A DNA stretch of 62,213 nucleotides, counting the filler, from Dimorphilus gyrociliatus (Eukaryota; Animalia; Annelida), in the NCBI GenBank assembly GCA_904063045.1. It is 3 parts of 3 records of this genome, joined end to end, with 100 filler letters (N's around TTAATTAATTAA, not from the genome) between each part and the next. Parts side by side here need not be neighbours in the genome. Positions count along the whole stretch, not along the records: positions 30,625 to 54,996 come from CAJFCJ010000141.1; positions 55,097 to 62,213 come from CAJFCJ010000040.1; 1 more part is not named here. One strand, 5' to 3'. The translations under genes and the position numbers were made by a program. Below, piece by piece: positions 49,835-62,213 of the stretch (within the stretch, counting starts at the first letter, position 1; every line of letters starts with the position of its first letter). The notes below the pieces were generated by a model, which saw only the letters and a list, made by a program, of their open reading frames with translations, did no database searches and had not been told where the DNA came from.

Positions 49835-50100
49835 TTAATTTTGGTTGAAATTTGATCAAAATCGATCCAGTGGTTGCTGAGATATGGATTCTTTTTAATG
49901 TTCCATTCTGACACTGTTATTGGCTTATATCAATCAAAAATATTTGTCATAAAAAAACTAAATTGGTTAATATTAATGATACAGATCTGAAATTTTGTAC
50001 ATATACTAATATTGATACACCAATTCCAAATCCTTTTACAGAATTCAATTATCTCTTATGGTTTGGGAGCTACGTTGACTAGAAGTTTAATACATTTTCT
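49835..50100 (+). repeat. Dispersed repeat R3 copy 1 (non-autonomous Helitron/HINE-like)
   Basis: Direct, diverged copy at about 50945-51240; motifs AAATTTxATCAAAATCG, CTGAGATATGG, TGAAATTTTG. Confidence 0.5.
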
Positions 50101-50944
50101 TTATATAATTCATTGTCATAATTAATATTTTTGAATTGACAAACATTAATTTAATGTATGGAATGTCTTTATAAATGTTCATATTATTTTCAAACAATGA
50201 TTTTGGTTATTTCTTTTATAAAAGCCTATATAAAATATTTGTCTGGGTAGTGTAAACTCTGTTATTAATTAAGGTACAAAGTGTAATTGCCTTATATAAA
50301 ACATTTGTTATAAAATGATAAAAAAGATTAATTGTTAAACATATATATATATATATAGTTTTTTATTTATGTACATATAGCATATAAGAAATGCCATTTA
50401 AAAATTTTATTATAAAATTCAACTATGTTTTACAGTTATTGACAATTAATTGTAAGTAGATAATCATATCACAGTGGCTAAATTTTTTTTAGTTTTAGTG
50501 TGCTTTCTAATAATTTCATTTTTATTATCTGTTACTAATTAAGATAGAGCTTTAGTATTTGGTAGATGGACTAATACTCTGCTTTTTTTTTAATTAGCCT
50601 GGAAAAGAATTCAACAAATTGTACTTAATAATTGGCAGATTGAGATCAGAGTGATTGTTTTTATTTGCAAGAAGTATCATAAGCAACTAGGATTTAAACC
50701 TGTTGATTTATTTAAAAAAAATAGAAGAAATACCAAAAAAAGTTGAAAACTGTTTTAAAACGTATTTGTTTTTCCTTTGTATTTTCTTAATTTTAGTTTA
50801 TTAGACATTTCTTTTTTTCTAATTTTTATTCAGCTTCTTTTTAAATAAAACATTTTTTAAACAAAAAATATTAAAACTTTTTATTCAAGTAACTTTTACA
50901 ATTTTCATCTGTTGTAATTTGATATAGTCTCATTCTGTCATTAA

Positions 50945-51240
50945 TTTTACTTCAAATTTCATCAAAATCGCCCAGGTAATTGCTGAGATATGGATTGTTA
51001 TAAATGTTATATTTTAATTCTGTTGTTGGCTTACATCAATCAAAAATATTCGTCATAAAAAAGTCAAATTTGTTAATATTTAAGTTAGAGCTTTCAAATT
51101 TGGTGCATATACTAATATCACTACGCCGATCTCAAATCTTTTTACAGAATTCAGTTATCTCTTACAGCTCCAGAGTTATGGGACCATCAAATTATGCTTG
51201 TTATTTCTTACATATAGGCCTATAGAAAATATTGGCTAGA
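50945..51240 (+). repeat. Dispersed repeat R3 copy 2
   Basis: See copy 1. Confidence 0.5.
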
Positions 51241-51524
51241 CTAACTCTGTTGTTAATTTAGATACATCTTTGTAATTCTGTTTTTAGAATAGTATGATAG
51301 TGCCATTCATAAAAACACAATTCCTATAAATATATATATATATATATAATAAAAATAATTGATGTATATATCTTGCATTTAAATATTCAATTATAATCCT
51401 TTTTCTTACCATCAAGAAGTTTAAGAAAAAAAATATTCCTAAACCCAAAAATGTACAGAAAATATAAATTGTCTTTTATATTGATTGAAGAGATTTTATT
51501 TAGATTTGGTATTTCAATTTTGAA

Positions 51525-51979
51525 ATTGCCAAATTACCAAACTGTCTTCCAATGTTGAGGAGTGGATGGATGGTTCCAGTGGAGGTTGTTTCCAGGTTAT
51601 CTTCCCAGGTCCTTGGATCCAGATGCAGAATGAGAATAGTGAGGATTTATATACTTTGAGGTTTGCCTCTGACAACCAATCATCACTTTACAGTTGCCAA
51701 AATGTGTAGTTCATATTTATGTTTAGTAAGAGGATGTTACAAGGTTGAACATTTAGGAAGGTTAATTGAATTATAACTTGGCCACACCCTAGGCAAGTTA
51801 ATTAAGTTATAACTTGGCCAAACCTTTATTGGTAATTAAAGATGAGCCTTGAAGCTGACTAATCAGACTTATGTTTGGCCAATGTTATAGCATTTTCTTG
51901 CATAGGTTTTAAGATGTACATGTATAAGTTGCATCAAATAATACAGTTCAACCATGTAAAATATAACCAAAGTTGTACA
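51525..51979 (-). repeat. ~455-bp inverted repeat, right arm
   Basis: See left arm. A diverged copy of its terminal ~55 bp lies at about 32401-32460. Confidence 0.95.
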
Positions 51980-51980
51980 G

Positions 51981-53100
51981 TAATCTTTTGACCAAGTGAA
52001 CCGAAGCTTTGGTAAATGTATAAAAGGAAATACATTTCCCAGTTTGGCAGTTCAGTTCTTAAACTGTTAACTGGTTGTTTAAACTTGCTAATTTAGAACT
52101 AGAAACTCATTTACTCAATACATATTCTTTAAATGAAATACTGCCATTTCGTTGATTAATTTCTACCAAAATAACATTTGTTAAAACTACGTGTGGACGA
52201 ATTTGGAAGGTTCTATTTGGACTAGTACTTTGGCAGATTGGTAAATGATTGGAAAGGACGGATACTGTTCAGAAGAAGCAGAAATTCCTACAATTACAGT
52301 ACAACAAAGTACAAATTTTGTGGAGTTGTTGTATAATGTTTTCTCTGATGTCAATTATTTTTCTGTTTAATTTGAAAGAATTGTCAAGTTTGACAGTGTG
52401 ACCATAATTCCTTGTTACAAAATTCTTGGAATTGTGACATTTATGTAAGAAGAGCTTTTTCATGTTTGTTCTCATTGTATAGTAAAGGCTGGATGGCTTT
52501 ATCTCTCATATACTTTTTTATACAATTGTAATACAATTGAAAGTTGAAAAAGTCTTGGAATGAAGAAGGAAGAAAATGATCAACATTTATGTTATTTGCA
52601 ATTACATTTTTTGAGTTTTCAATGATCACTTTAGTATTTGTATTAATTGGATTACTTGAAACCATTGCCATAAACCTATTTTAAATGAAGAGAACTGGTT
52701 AATGAAATGTATTTTTTCAAAAATGTGTTCTATATATATATATAGGTATAAAGGTATACTTTGTGCAAGTTCTACCATACTATCTACAACTTTAACAAAA
52801 AATGTTTTCAACTATTTCTAAAATTTAGCATAAGGCAACTTTAACAAATTCTATGTTCTAAAGGAAATTAATATTAACTTTTTGTTTAATTTTTTGATAT
52901 CTTCTTAATTCTTATTCCAGTTCTTTTAATTGCAGGTGGATCACTTGTTTTTCCACAACTCCCTTCATTGTGGTCATTGGATTTAAACTTTCTGGTGATT
53001 GAAGTATGTTGTATGATCCAAATGATTTGAAGACAGGAATCTTGTTCCCTTAAAGAGAACCAAATCATGAAAGTTGACTGAGGTTGTGCTAATTGTTTCC
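51981..53100 (-). mobile_element. Longest Penelope-like remnant (RT-like plus GIY-YIG-like motifs)
   Basis: KIGL/AMVSS (cf. GLAMGS) across a frameshift at about 52670, KYMRD (cf. RYVDD), then the R1 endonuclease-like block. Confidence 0.5.
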
Positions 53101-53374
53101 TTGAATTTCAGATACTTCAAAACAAATTAACTTTTAAAATGGCCACTTTTTCACTTTCCAACAGCATTTTTTATATATGAACTCATATTCAACTTAATGT
53201 CTGCACTCTTTCAAATCAATAATATAAACAAATGCGTAATGAAGAAAAAGAGGGTGTGAAACCTATGGGGAACTAAAATTAGTTAAATTAAATGTCTAAC
53301 CCTACTCTTCTTAATCTAAGTTTACATTTTATTCATAATAGAGTACCAAAAAATTACATTTACTAAGAAGACTA

Positions 53375-53700
53375 TTTGTAGACCAATTGAAGAGGTTCTT
53401 TTTGTTTGAGTACCTTGGTGAATTGGTAAATTATTGGAAAGGATGAATTCTATTGTGACAAACTAGAAATATTATAATACAATTACAATACAACAAAGGA
53501 CAATTTTGTATTATTTTAATAATTTTATATTTCTTGTTTGGCTGTGCTGTATGATAATTGTAACAGTAGCAAAAATGTTCATATTTTTCTTGTTTTACCA
53601 TGCAATCACTATTTTTCTCAATACATTTCCTGGCTCTATGCCCATTCCATTGTATAACCCTTGAAAAAATTCTAATGGGACCCAGCATTATTTTACTGGA
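53375..53700 (-). mobile_element. Diverged R1 Penelope-like fragment
   Basis: CPLLYCNC and QTKRT blocks homologous to the other copies. Confidence 0.4.
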
Positions 53701-53841
53701 AGATTACAGACTTCCGGTCCATTTTTGCCTTAATCTCTTCTGTGACAGGAAGAACATCTTCTTATCATTATAGAAAGAAAATATACATTTTTCATTTCAA
53801 ATCTCTGAATTATTGATATTTTAATGTGGTAGGCCTATTTC

Positions 53842-54996
53842 CAATGGGAGCATAAGTACTTGTTACAATCACAAAAATTTATCTAAAAGAATATTAAAAA
53901 TATTTTTTTGTTCTTATTTTGACTGTTATTTACAGGATATTATATTTGCTAATATTATATTTGCTAATGCCTTAATATTTTGTGTGCATACCCTTACCTT
54001 CTACAACTGCCCTAAGCCTTCTTTCCATTATCTCATAAGAATTGAATTTCCAATTCTGAAATTTTAAAAAATTCCTCTCTGAACATCTCCTACAGCTGAT
54101 CCTTGTTTCTTGGCCTAACCCTGTGCCATTAAACATTTTTTGCATATGCCCCATATTTGCTCAATTATGTTCAGGTCTGTGCTGTTTGCTGGCCATGAAT
54201 CCAGTGTTTCTACTCCCTTTCTCTTGAGGTATGCTTTTGTTCTGGCTGCTGTATGACAACTAGCCCCATCCTGCTGGAAAATTTCCCCTCTCTCATAATT
54301 TGGGACAACATGACTGCTCAAAATTTTAACATAATCTGAAGCTGTCATGCAGCTAGGCCCCTATCTCCATTGAACTTAATGTAGCCAAACGCCATTATAT
54401 TCCCTTCCCCAAATTTTACTGTTTTGTGGTATATTTGGGGTCATTCTGTTTACCTGGTGGCCTCCTAACAAACTCCCTCCTCCTGGGATGCAGCTCAACC
54501 TTTGATTCATCAGAAAAAATTACTTTTTTCCAATTTTCAATCCCCCACTTTTCTCTCTCTCTACAGAACTCTTTCCTACTTATTATCTGCCTCTTGGATA
54601 AAACAGGTTTTTTGGCTGCAATTCTTTCAATTACATTATTTTTCCTCAATATTTGCTTCACTGTTGTTAGAGAAAGAGATATAGGTATACAAGAATTATA
54701 TAATACCTGATGGACTGTCCACTTTGGATTTGATTTAGATGCCCTGGTAATTTGCCTTTCCATCTTTGGTGTCACTTTTTTTGGTTTACCATTTCTTTGC
54801 TTATCTTTTACCGTTTTTAGCTCTTTAAATTTAGTTTTTTTGTTTTGTACAGCAGTTGGACTACATTTAAAAAGCTTTGCCACTTTTAGAATGGACATTT
54901 CAGGTCTTTGATGACAATTTAAGACAGAAATTTTTGTTGCTTCAGGTAGCTTTGCCATTTTTATTTTAAATTTGTCAACTGTTAGATTACACATGC
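53842..54996 (-). mobile_element. Tc1-like transposon with DD35E spacing, frameshifted, cut by the contig end
   Basis: Paired-like HTH MAKLP... (ATG 54958), VIFSDESK, FQQDGASCH, WPANSTDLNIIE; stop at 53972. Candidate TIR CAATGGGAGCATAAGTACTT at about 53842. Confidence 0.92.
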
Positions 54997-55096
54997 NNNN
55001 NNNNNNNNNNNNNNNNNNNNNNNNNNNNNNNNNNNNNNNNTTAATTAATTAANNNNNNNNNNNNNNNNNNNNNNNNNNNNNNNNNNNNNNNNNNNN
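54997..55096. other. Artificial contig joiner (44 N + TTAATTAATTAA + 44 N)
   Basis: Identical to 30525-30624. Confidence 0.97.
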
Positions 55097-58000
55097 AATA
55101 CATTTTAGCAATCACATGAAATGCTTTGTGTAACAAAGTGTAAATATGATGTATTAGTATGGAGAATGGTGATTTTTATTGACTTACCACAAATCATTTC
55201 ATCCATGGTTTACAATTACTGATTTTGCATTGAGATAGGTCATAATGAGGAAAGTATGGACGTGTTAACAATACATCTAATGAGTCATATTTTAATTGGC
55301 ATTTATAGATGCTAAAGGTAAAGTTGTTTTTTGCCAAATATTTTCTACATTCAGCAGTGTTTTCATCTTCTCCATTTGTACAATCCCGCCTGATATTACA
55401 TTTCTTATCCTTTTTTATGCATGAATTGATACAGGTAGCTTGTGTGGATGTTTGACATTCTTCTTTATAGAATGGAATAATCAAAGTTGAATAAAAGAAT
55501 GGTTTTGTTATTTACGGTTTTTAAATTTGTTTTGAATAGCATTTTTGTTATGACAGATTTCATCACTTGAATCAAAGCAATTCCTGTTATTATTACAAAC
55601 ATAAGGTGACTGAATACATTGTTTATTGTGGCATTGACTTTTTGATATGGAAGCATGGCAAAATATTTTGCAAAATACTTGATTAGTCTTTAAAGTCATG
55701 ATTAAAATGAAAAAAAAATGTTCACCTTTCATTTTTTAGACATAATGATCTTTCTACAAGAATATTTAGTTTACGTGATTTGTTAGAAGAAAAGACAATT
55801 TCATTTACCACAAGAGACTTCATCAGATCCATTGGGACAATCTTTCACAAAATTGCAAAACAATTTATAGGATATAGTGAAATTTTTATATGCACACTGG
55901 AATGTTTCTTTCACACCATATTGGCTTTGGTCACCTTCATCTTCAGAAAGAGGACAGTCGGAATACCTGTCACAAACATATATAATATTTATGTAAGTAT
56001 GACTTTTTGGACAAAAATATGTATTATTTTGAAATGGAGTTGAAGTGCTTATGTTTAAATTGATAAGAGAAGGATAATCTGAATCTGAATGATATTTCAA
56101 GAAATTAATTTTTCATATAAAAATTGAAAATAAATTGAAGGAATTCTAGACAAAACATCCTAAAAGGCTTAACTTTAGGTCCAGGTTAATTTTTTGACTA
56201 CTTTTTCATTATGTTAGGTCCGAATTATTTATCAGGGATCAAGAAAATTTTGAACAAGCTTTCAATTTGGATGTTTTGTTCTACATCTGAAGTTAGAGGG
56301 CTCACATAAAATTTTCTGGCAGATATAATAGTTAGCTTTTCTGATTGCGCAATCAATTTTTGAGAGATGAATTGCTGAAAGAGGAGAGTGAAAAAATAAT
56401 ATTGAAGTCTAAAAGCAGTTAAAGTATATACCTCTAATCTTTTCTGTAGAATGCTGTAAACTTTCAGTCACCTAAAGTAGAGAATAGAATGACAAGTTAT
56501 AAAATATAGTAAGCTTACAGCACTAACATATTTCATTTCAATACAATCACCAACAGAATTTTCCAAACTTTGAATTATTTTACCAAGGTGCATAAGGCCA
56601 GTTTCATGGAATTTATTCTTTTCAAAATCATATTCATAATTCTAAAAGTAGAAAAGTTTACTTTTATAAATGATAAACATAAAGTGCAATTATTTATAGA
56701 GTGAACAGGAAAATGTCCAATAATTTGAATTTTGAATTGTAAGTTTTACCATTTTCTTTTCTAATTGAAATCTTGAAATAAATGAAAAAGGTATGTTTGA
56801 AGGTGTAGTGATAACATCTTGTGATTTTTCTTTAGAGTTTTCAGTTCTAATAAAAAAATAAAAATTTTCGAATTTTTTATAATAGATTTCACAAATTTTT
56901 GAAAAGAAATATAAAAGTTGAATTTAACTGTAAAATAGTTGAAAAAAGCGATGAAATTTTGATTTATTTGAGAAATATGAAAAGATAATTCTGCTAATGT
57001 TGAATTTTCTTTTCTACATCTTTTCTCCATTTCTGTTATTAATATCTTCTTACTTTCAACAATAAGTCTATAACAGACATTATCTATGACAAAGGATATT
57101 TCACCTTTGCACAGAGGACCTAATTTCATATGAAATTTTATTACATCAAATCTGATAATATCATTTCAACCTGTTATCAATTTCTTTGAACATTTCAAAA
57201 GTGTAGCAGTTTGGTATGAAAATCTACCTTTGAAAAGAAACTTAGTATCAAAATTCTTTCTCTCTCTTTTACATCAATCAGTAATTTATTACTGTCTATT
57301 GAAATTAAAGTTATTACCCATCACTTTTATAGATTCTTAATTTGCATTCCTCCAAAAATTTGACATTCTGATCACAATATAAATATTTTCTTCTATCTTT
57401 AACTTTTACAGAATGAAATTTTCCTGTAAAATATCCATAATTAAAATCAAATATTTTGCATATTCATGTTCATGTTGAAATATATCATTCAAATCTGTCC
57501 AGATGTTTCTGTCAACTACTTGAAAACGTCCCTTGAATTCTGTAAATGAATGATTTCTATTTGGTAGTAATATAACGCTTCTATTGTGAAAAAATCTGTA
57601 GGTTAGGCCTTCTGAAATTGAGTTTTACGAGGAAACAAATCAGGTATTTTGTTTTTCTATATAATTTAAAGAATTTAGAGGGACTTTGCAAAAAATAGGA
57701 GTAAAAAACTTGTGCTTTCAATGTTCATTTCCCCGTTTTGAATTATTGATAGAAGGATAGTCTTATTTCATCTTTCCATTCCATCTTTCTCAAGTCAGCT
57801 CTTACTCGAAAATAGTTTTCTCCCATTTTTTATCCCTTTAACTAACTTGTCTTCTTTGGCTTTTGGCATTGGAGTTCAAAAATTGCAACTCTCTCATTTT
57901 CAGTAATATAACGACAAAATGTGATACGAAAGGCAACCATCATCTCATGCGGCAAACCATTGCAGATTCTTCCTGATAAGAGTGTTTGTGTTTTTATTCT

Positions 58001-59400
58001 TAGAAACGAGGGTTTGGGAGCAAACGTCCATAAAACAGTTTAAAGTTTTTAAACTAAAAGAAATGTCACATTTTCTCCCAAACAGAGAAAAAACAAAAGG
58101 CTCCATTTAATGGAAAAGAGATTAATTTTTTACATTGTTTTGAATATCATATTTAAGGCAAGTGTACTGATCTGCAACAAACCGAAAATACCAACAGAGA
58201 TATAAGCAGATTTTCATAGATGATCTTATAATAAAAAAGAAGGGAGGAGAAACTCCAAGTGTTTTAGAAACAAAGAAATAGTTTGTATATGTCTTATATT
58301 TATTTACATAGGCGTATGTTCTAGATTTATTTTGCCCCTGATATTCAACTTTCATATCTATAAATTTTGAGAAATTGATTGTTTTCTTTCTTATCAGTTA
58401 TTTATATAACTTTTAGCTCTAACTCACACCACTTTCTTTTATCATTCTCTATTACATACTATATAAGCATCTTAATCTTTAAATACAAGTAAACTTAGGG
58501 CATGAATTAGAGCATAAATTAAATCATGACACAGTAAACCTAAAATAATTTCCAACCTCTCAAATACAGAAATTTACATTCTAACTGGTTTTTTTTTACT
58601 TTAACTTATCTATAACATATTCTCCCATTTTAATAAAATCTGTAACATTTCTATTAAATTCGTGTAGAAAAAACTGTGAACTTTTGCAAAATTTTATATT
58701 TTTCCATTTTTCATGAATTATTTTGTAAAAATTATCATCAATTTTATAAAATAATTTATAGATATTTCTCATAAACACAGCAAAAGTAACTAAATATTTT
58801 GGTAAAATAAACTGGTAATAGAATAATTTAAAATAATGTTTATAGAAAATTTTTACATTTGCTCTTTTTCTTAAAACATTTAATACTAAATCCTTTGTCT
58901 GAATGATACTGATCTTGAAAAACAAGAAATTTCTATTGAGTATGTTAAAAAAATCTATTAAAAAGTTTTCTCAGTTTTACTTACAAATGAAAAGAATTTT
59001 GTGCTGTGAATGATATTCGAATGGCTTCCGGTTGTAGATTATCCAATTTACAAGGTAATGCAACTGAATGGATAGATTCATAGCCCATTTTATCGCATAA
59101 AACATTATTTTGTTGAGTTGTATATGTGAAATATTCAACAATCAACGAAACATTTTGATTCGGCTTTTTCGCTTTTAAAACTCCTTCAACATATACTTTT
59201 TCATCTGTTGAATGTTGAATATACAATTCGAATTCAGATTTTTCATTTCCTTGCTATAGCTAATAAATCAATAGATAAGAGAAAGAAAATTTCAAATTTT
59301 GTGTCCATCTCTAAAAAGTCGACAAATCTTTATGTTAATTTTCAATGTCAAATGTGTTGTCTTTGCACCAATTTAGGTTCTATGGGCAGATGAGTAAGAC
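55097..59400 (-). CDS. Multi-exon mosaic extracellular/receptor gene (discoidin-like?, C-type-lectin-like, at least 4 LDLa repeats), 3' end beyond the contig
   Basis: LDLa motifs VCDRYSDCPLSEDE, FCNFVKDCPNGSDEVSC, VCNNNRNCFDSSDEIC, KCNIRRDCTNGEDE; lectin-like CKGEISFVIDNVCY...RC. Exon structure not fully resolved. Confidence 0.7.
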
Positions 59401-60339
59401 ACTTTTGAAATATTGATTGAAAGCCTATAAACCTGTTGTATAATATACAATTAATTCTACTCTCTATAGAGAGTAAAACTCGAGTTTCTATGGAACATCA
59501 TCTTAAGTTTAAAAGTGTTGTATTGATTATCTTTAAGAGATAGTTCTAAAATTACAAACAATATTTAATTGAATACAAATTTAATTATGTTTGTTAAATT
59601 AAAAAAGTTTTTTTGTGAATAACATAGGATATTGAAAACAATGCAAAAACTTATTTCTTTTCCATTACATGAAGTCTCTTTCATTTTCTTAGTATGGCTG
59701 AGGGTTAATATTTCATTTATTATCTCCAAGGTGAAGGCTCACTATGGCACAACTATTTATGTCTCACGTGACAATGGTTTAAATTGCATACTATTTTTAT
59801 ATAGTATGTTTTGAATATCAGGAATCTATTTGGCCAATTTTGCGATTTATCTGAAAATGAAATGTAAGCTATAATGAGCCTCTTATAATGAAATGAAAAA
59901 CAAATAATTTAAGAAATAAGGTTTTGCTAATTTCAAGTACTAATGAGGGTATCATCTAAGGGTTAGAGATATAGCAGAAAAAGTTAGCTGCAGACAAGGA
60001 TTATGGTAAAAGCAGTGATTTGAAAAAGTTTTAAACATATGGACTGCCAGTAGTTGCATATATATAAAAATTGTAATGCTATGTTCTATTATGCTCACAT
60101 ATCGGATGTGGTAGAAAACGGCCATAAATCTATGGTTTTACCTTAACCCTAACCCAGCCCTTGTTTTTGCCTAACCTTTTTGAATAGCCCTAACCCTTAG
60201 ATGGGACCCTCCTAAGAACATATCAACAGTTATCTTATTCCTCCTAACCATTTCCCAGGCTGAAATCTAACTTTCAAATATTTTATTTATGGCCCGTTTT
60301 CGACCAGTCCCTCACATATCTTAGATTAACTATAATATT

Positions 60340-61320
60340 TCAAAGTTTAAAATAATGTTCAAAACAGAATACAATATTTTTTACAGTTGTACATCGATTC
60401 ATTTGATTATCAAATGTATAAACAAAATATTCGCAAGTGGCCTCAGATATGCATTTATCTTTACAAGCAACTAAATTATCAGCAATAAATTCGCTTGAAT
60501 GCCCACAGTTTGTATTGTAACACGTGATGTCTCTAAATGCAGATCTTTCATAAGAAGCAACATTCATATCGATAGTATTGGAAACTTTGCAATTTTCGCA
60601 AGTTAGAATGCAAGCAGTTGTATGTGAATTGTAGGTAAAACATCTACAATTGGATTTTGATAAACATATCTCTTAGAGCATTCCTCCAGATTAATACCAA
60701 TGTCAACATCCAAATAAGTAGTAAATTGTCCCGTTGTTCTTGTTTGTATAAAACCTGGTATAGATGAATCATCATAATAGCATATGTTATTTGAAAAACA
60801 GCAACCAAACATTTCGCACTGGCTTTGTGACGTAGTTGTAGATCCACATATTCTGTTAGATATGCTTGAACACCTTGTAGTCACTTCAATCTTTTCGCAT
60901 ACACCGTCTTTTGGACCATAGTAATTGTATTCTAAGTTCACTTTCCAGTAATTTGGCACTTGTTGTCGGGTAACAGAATTAAGAAAGCATTTTCTCAACG
61001 GTGAATAAAATCCATAATCAATTGCCCTGTTTTATTAAAAAAAAAACAACTGATTAACACATATACAATGTTTGCTTATAGTTGAGCAGTGTTTTTTCTT
61101 TAAGATTCATACTTGCATTGTATGTTATTGATGCACTTTAGCTTACACAACTCAAGGGATATATTATTAAAACTTGTTAAATCGTGTCCATTTATTACTT
61201 TTCTGTCGACACGTTCAGTAAAACATACTTGAAAAAAAAAACAGCAAGGATTATCATCAACATTATTATCAGTAGTTGTACTATTTTTAAAAAAATTCAC
61301 TCACACTCTCTTCCATTTAA
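60340..61320 (-). CDS. PAN/apple plus trefoil (P-type) mosaic exons, one frameshift
   Basis: PAN-like SLELCKLKC..C, LEECSKR and ACKDKCISEATC; trefoil CSSISNRICG......CEMFGCCF....CYY. A 1-bp break at about 60650 restores NP(N)CRCFTY. Confidence 0.7.
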
Positions 61321-62213
61321 TAAAGTAATTCTAGAAATGAGATAAAACGCTATACAGAAGGAAACTATTAAAAGGTTTGTCATTGTTTGTTTGATAAATT
61401 TTCCAAAAAAACAAATCCTGTATATTAACAGTTGACTAGATGAAATAAAAGTTGAAAATCTTTTCCATAAGTTATATCTAGTTTCACAATGATTGCATTA
61501 TAGATAAATTTTTCAAATGACATTTCTCATCTGTTTTGTGACTTTTGTTAAATGAAAATATATTTCTTTGTTCAATGAATGAATATTTAAATAATTCAAA
61601 ATTTTTCAAAAAAGATGAACATTTCAATTAGAATTTATTGTTAATAAATGATTTCTATACAAAGATACAAAATATAAATTCTGAAAAAACCACTTTGTAT
61701 AAAGGTTAGCGTAAATATGCTATTCTTATCTGTTTTTTTCAATTTTTCTAAATTTTTAAAACATCTTTTAAACGTTTCTCCAATCTTTGAACATTCAAGT
61801 CAAAGCAGTTTATATGTTTCAAGTATTTAAAGACAGTGAAAGCCCATCACAAACTTAAAATAACCTTCATTATCTCATTTCCTATTTCCTTTTAGATTGA
61901 TTGAAAAAGAAAATTATAAAAAACAGCAGCCAATCAACAATCTTTATTTTTATTTTTTGCAAACTATGCTATTAATTATGGTTTTGTTCAGTAATTTCCC
62001 TTTAATACTTTTGGAGAATCCTTTTAATATAATATTCCATCAATTTATAAATGAAGACCAACATGGAGATTTTCATTGCATTCACATAAATTAGGCTATT
62101 CAATTTAATTGGAGGATATTTTAACCCAACAATTACTTGAACATAACTGGTATTTACCCAGAGTGATATTCAAACCAGGGAAAACGGATTGATCATGACA
62201 TCCCTTATTATTT

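Noticed and set aside
1-62213. CRISPR arrays, rRNA, tRNA, prokaryotic operons
   Set aside because: No regularly spaced repeat-spacer array or structural RNA signature was seen; the content is eukaryotic.

Overview
AT-rich eukaryotic DNA. The window is not one locus: two identical artificial joiners (44 N + TTAATTAATTAA + 44 N, at 30525-30624 and 54997-55096) split it into three contigs. Contig 1 (1-30524) is an inverted-duplication complex. Segment 1-9481 recurs inverted at about 14875-24499, and 11666-17553 recurs inverted at 24574-30524. This gives two copies of a stack of dead transposons (Ty3/gypsy pol, pogo-type DDE, Helitron Rep-helicase), two copies of a Tc3-like remnant, and three copies (middle one inverted) of an intronless gene. 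That gene encodes about 526 aa by cross-copy reconstruction: an acidic N-terminal half, a RhoGAP-like domain without an obvious arginine finger, and a C-terminal CGCI. It and a unique 159-aa ORF carry compact transcription signals typical of microsporidia (TATA 20-30 nt before ATG, CCC-like motif at ATG, AATAAA on or near the stop), so contig 1 may come from a parasite rather than from the animal behind contigs 2-3 (inference). Contig 2 (30625-54996) looks CpG-poor by eye and is full of repeats and pseudogenes: mariner and DD35E Tc1 remnants, several probable Penelope-like fragments with a degenerate hammerhead-like tail, a pair of about 454-bp near-identical inverted repeats 4.5 kb apart, RNI-type LRR fragments, an ACP5-like fragment, an OTU deubiquitinase-like gene, a small-intron PAN/apple gene and an intronless class A GPCR. 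Contig 3 (55097-62213) holds minus-strand exons for PAN/trefoil and lectin-like/LDLa mosaic extracellular proteins. No rRNA, tRNA or CRISPR array was seen. All domain calls come from motif recognition by eye, not database searches, and many boundaries are approximate.
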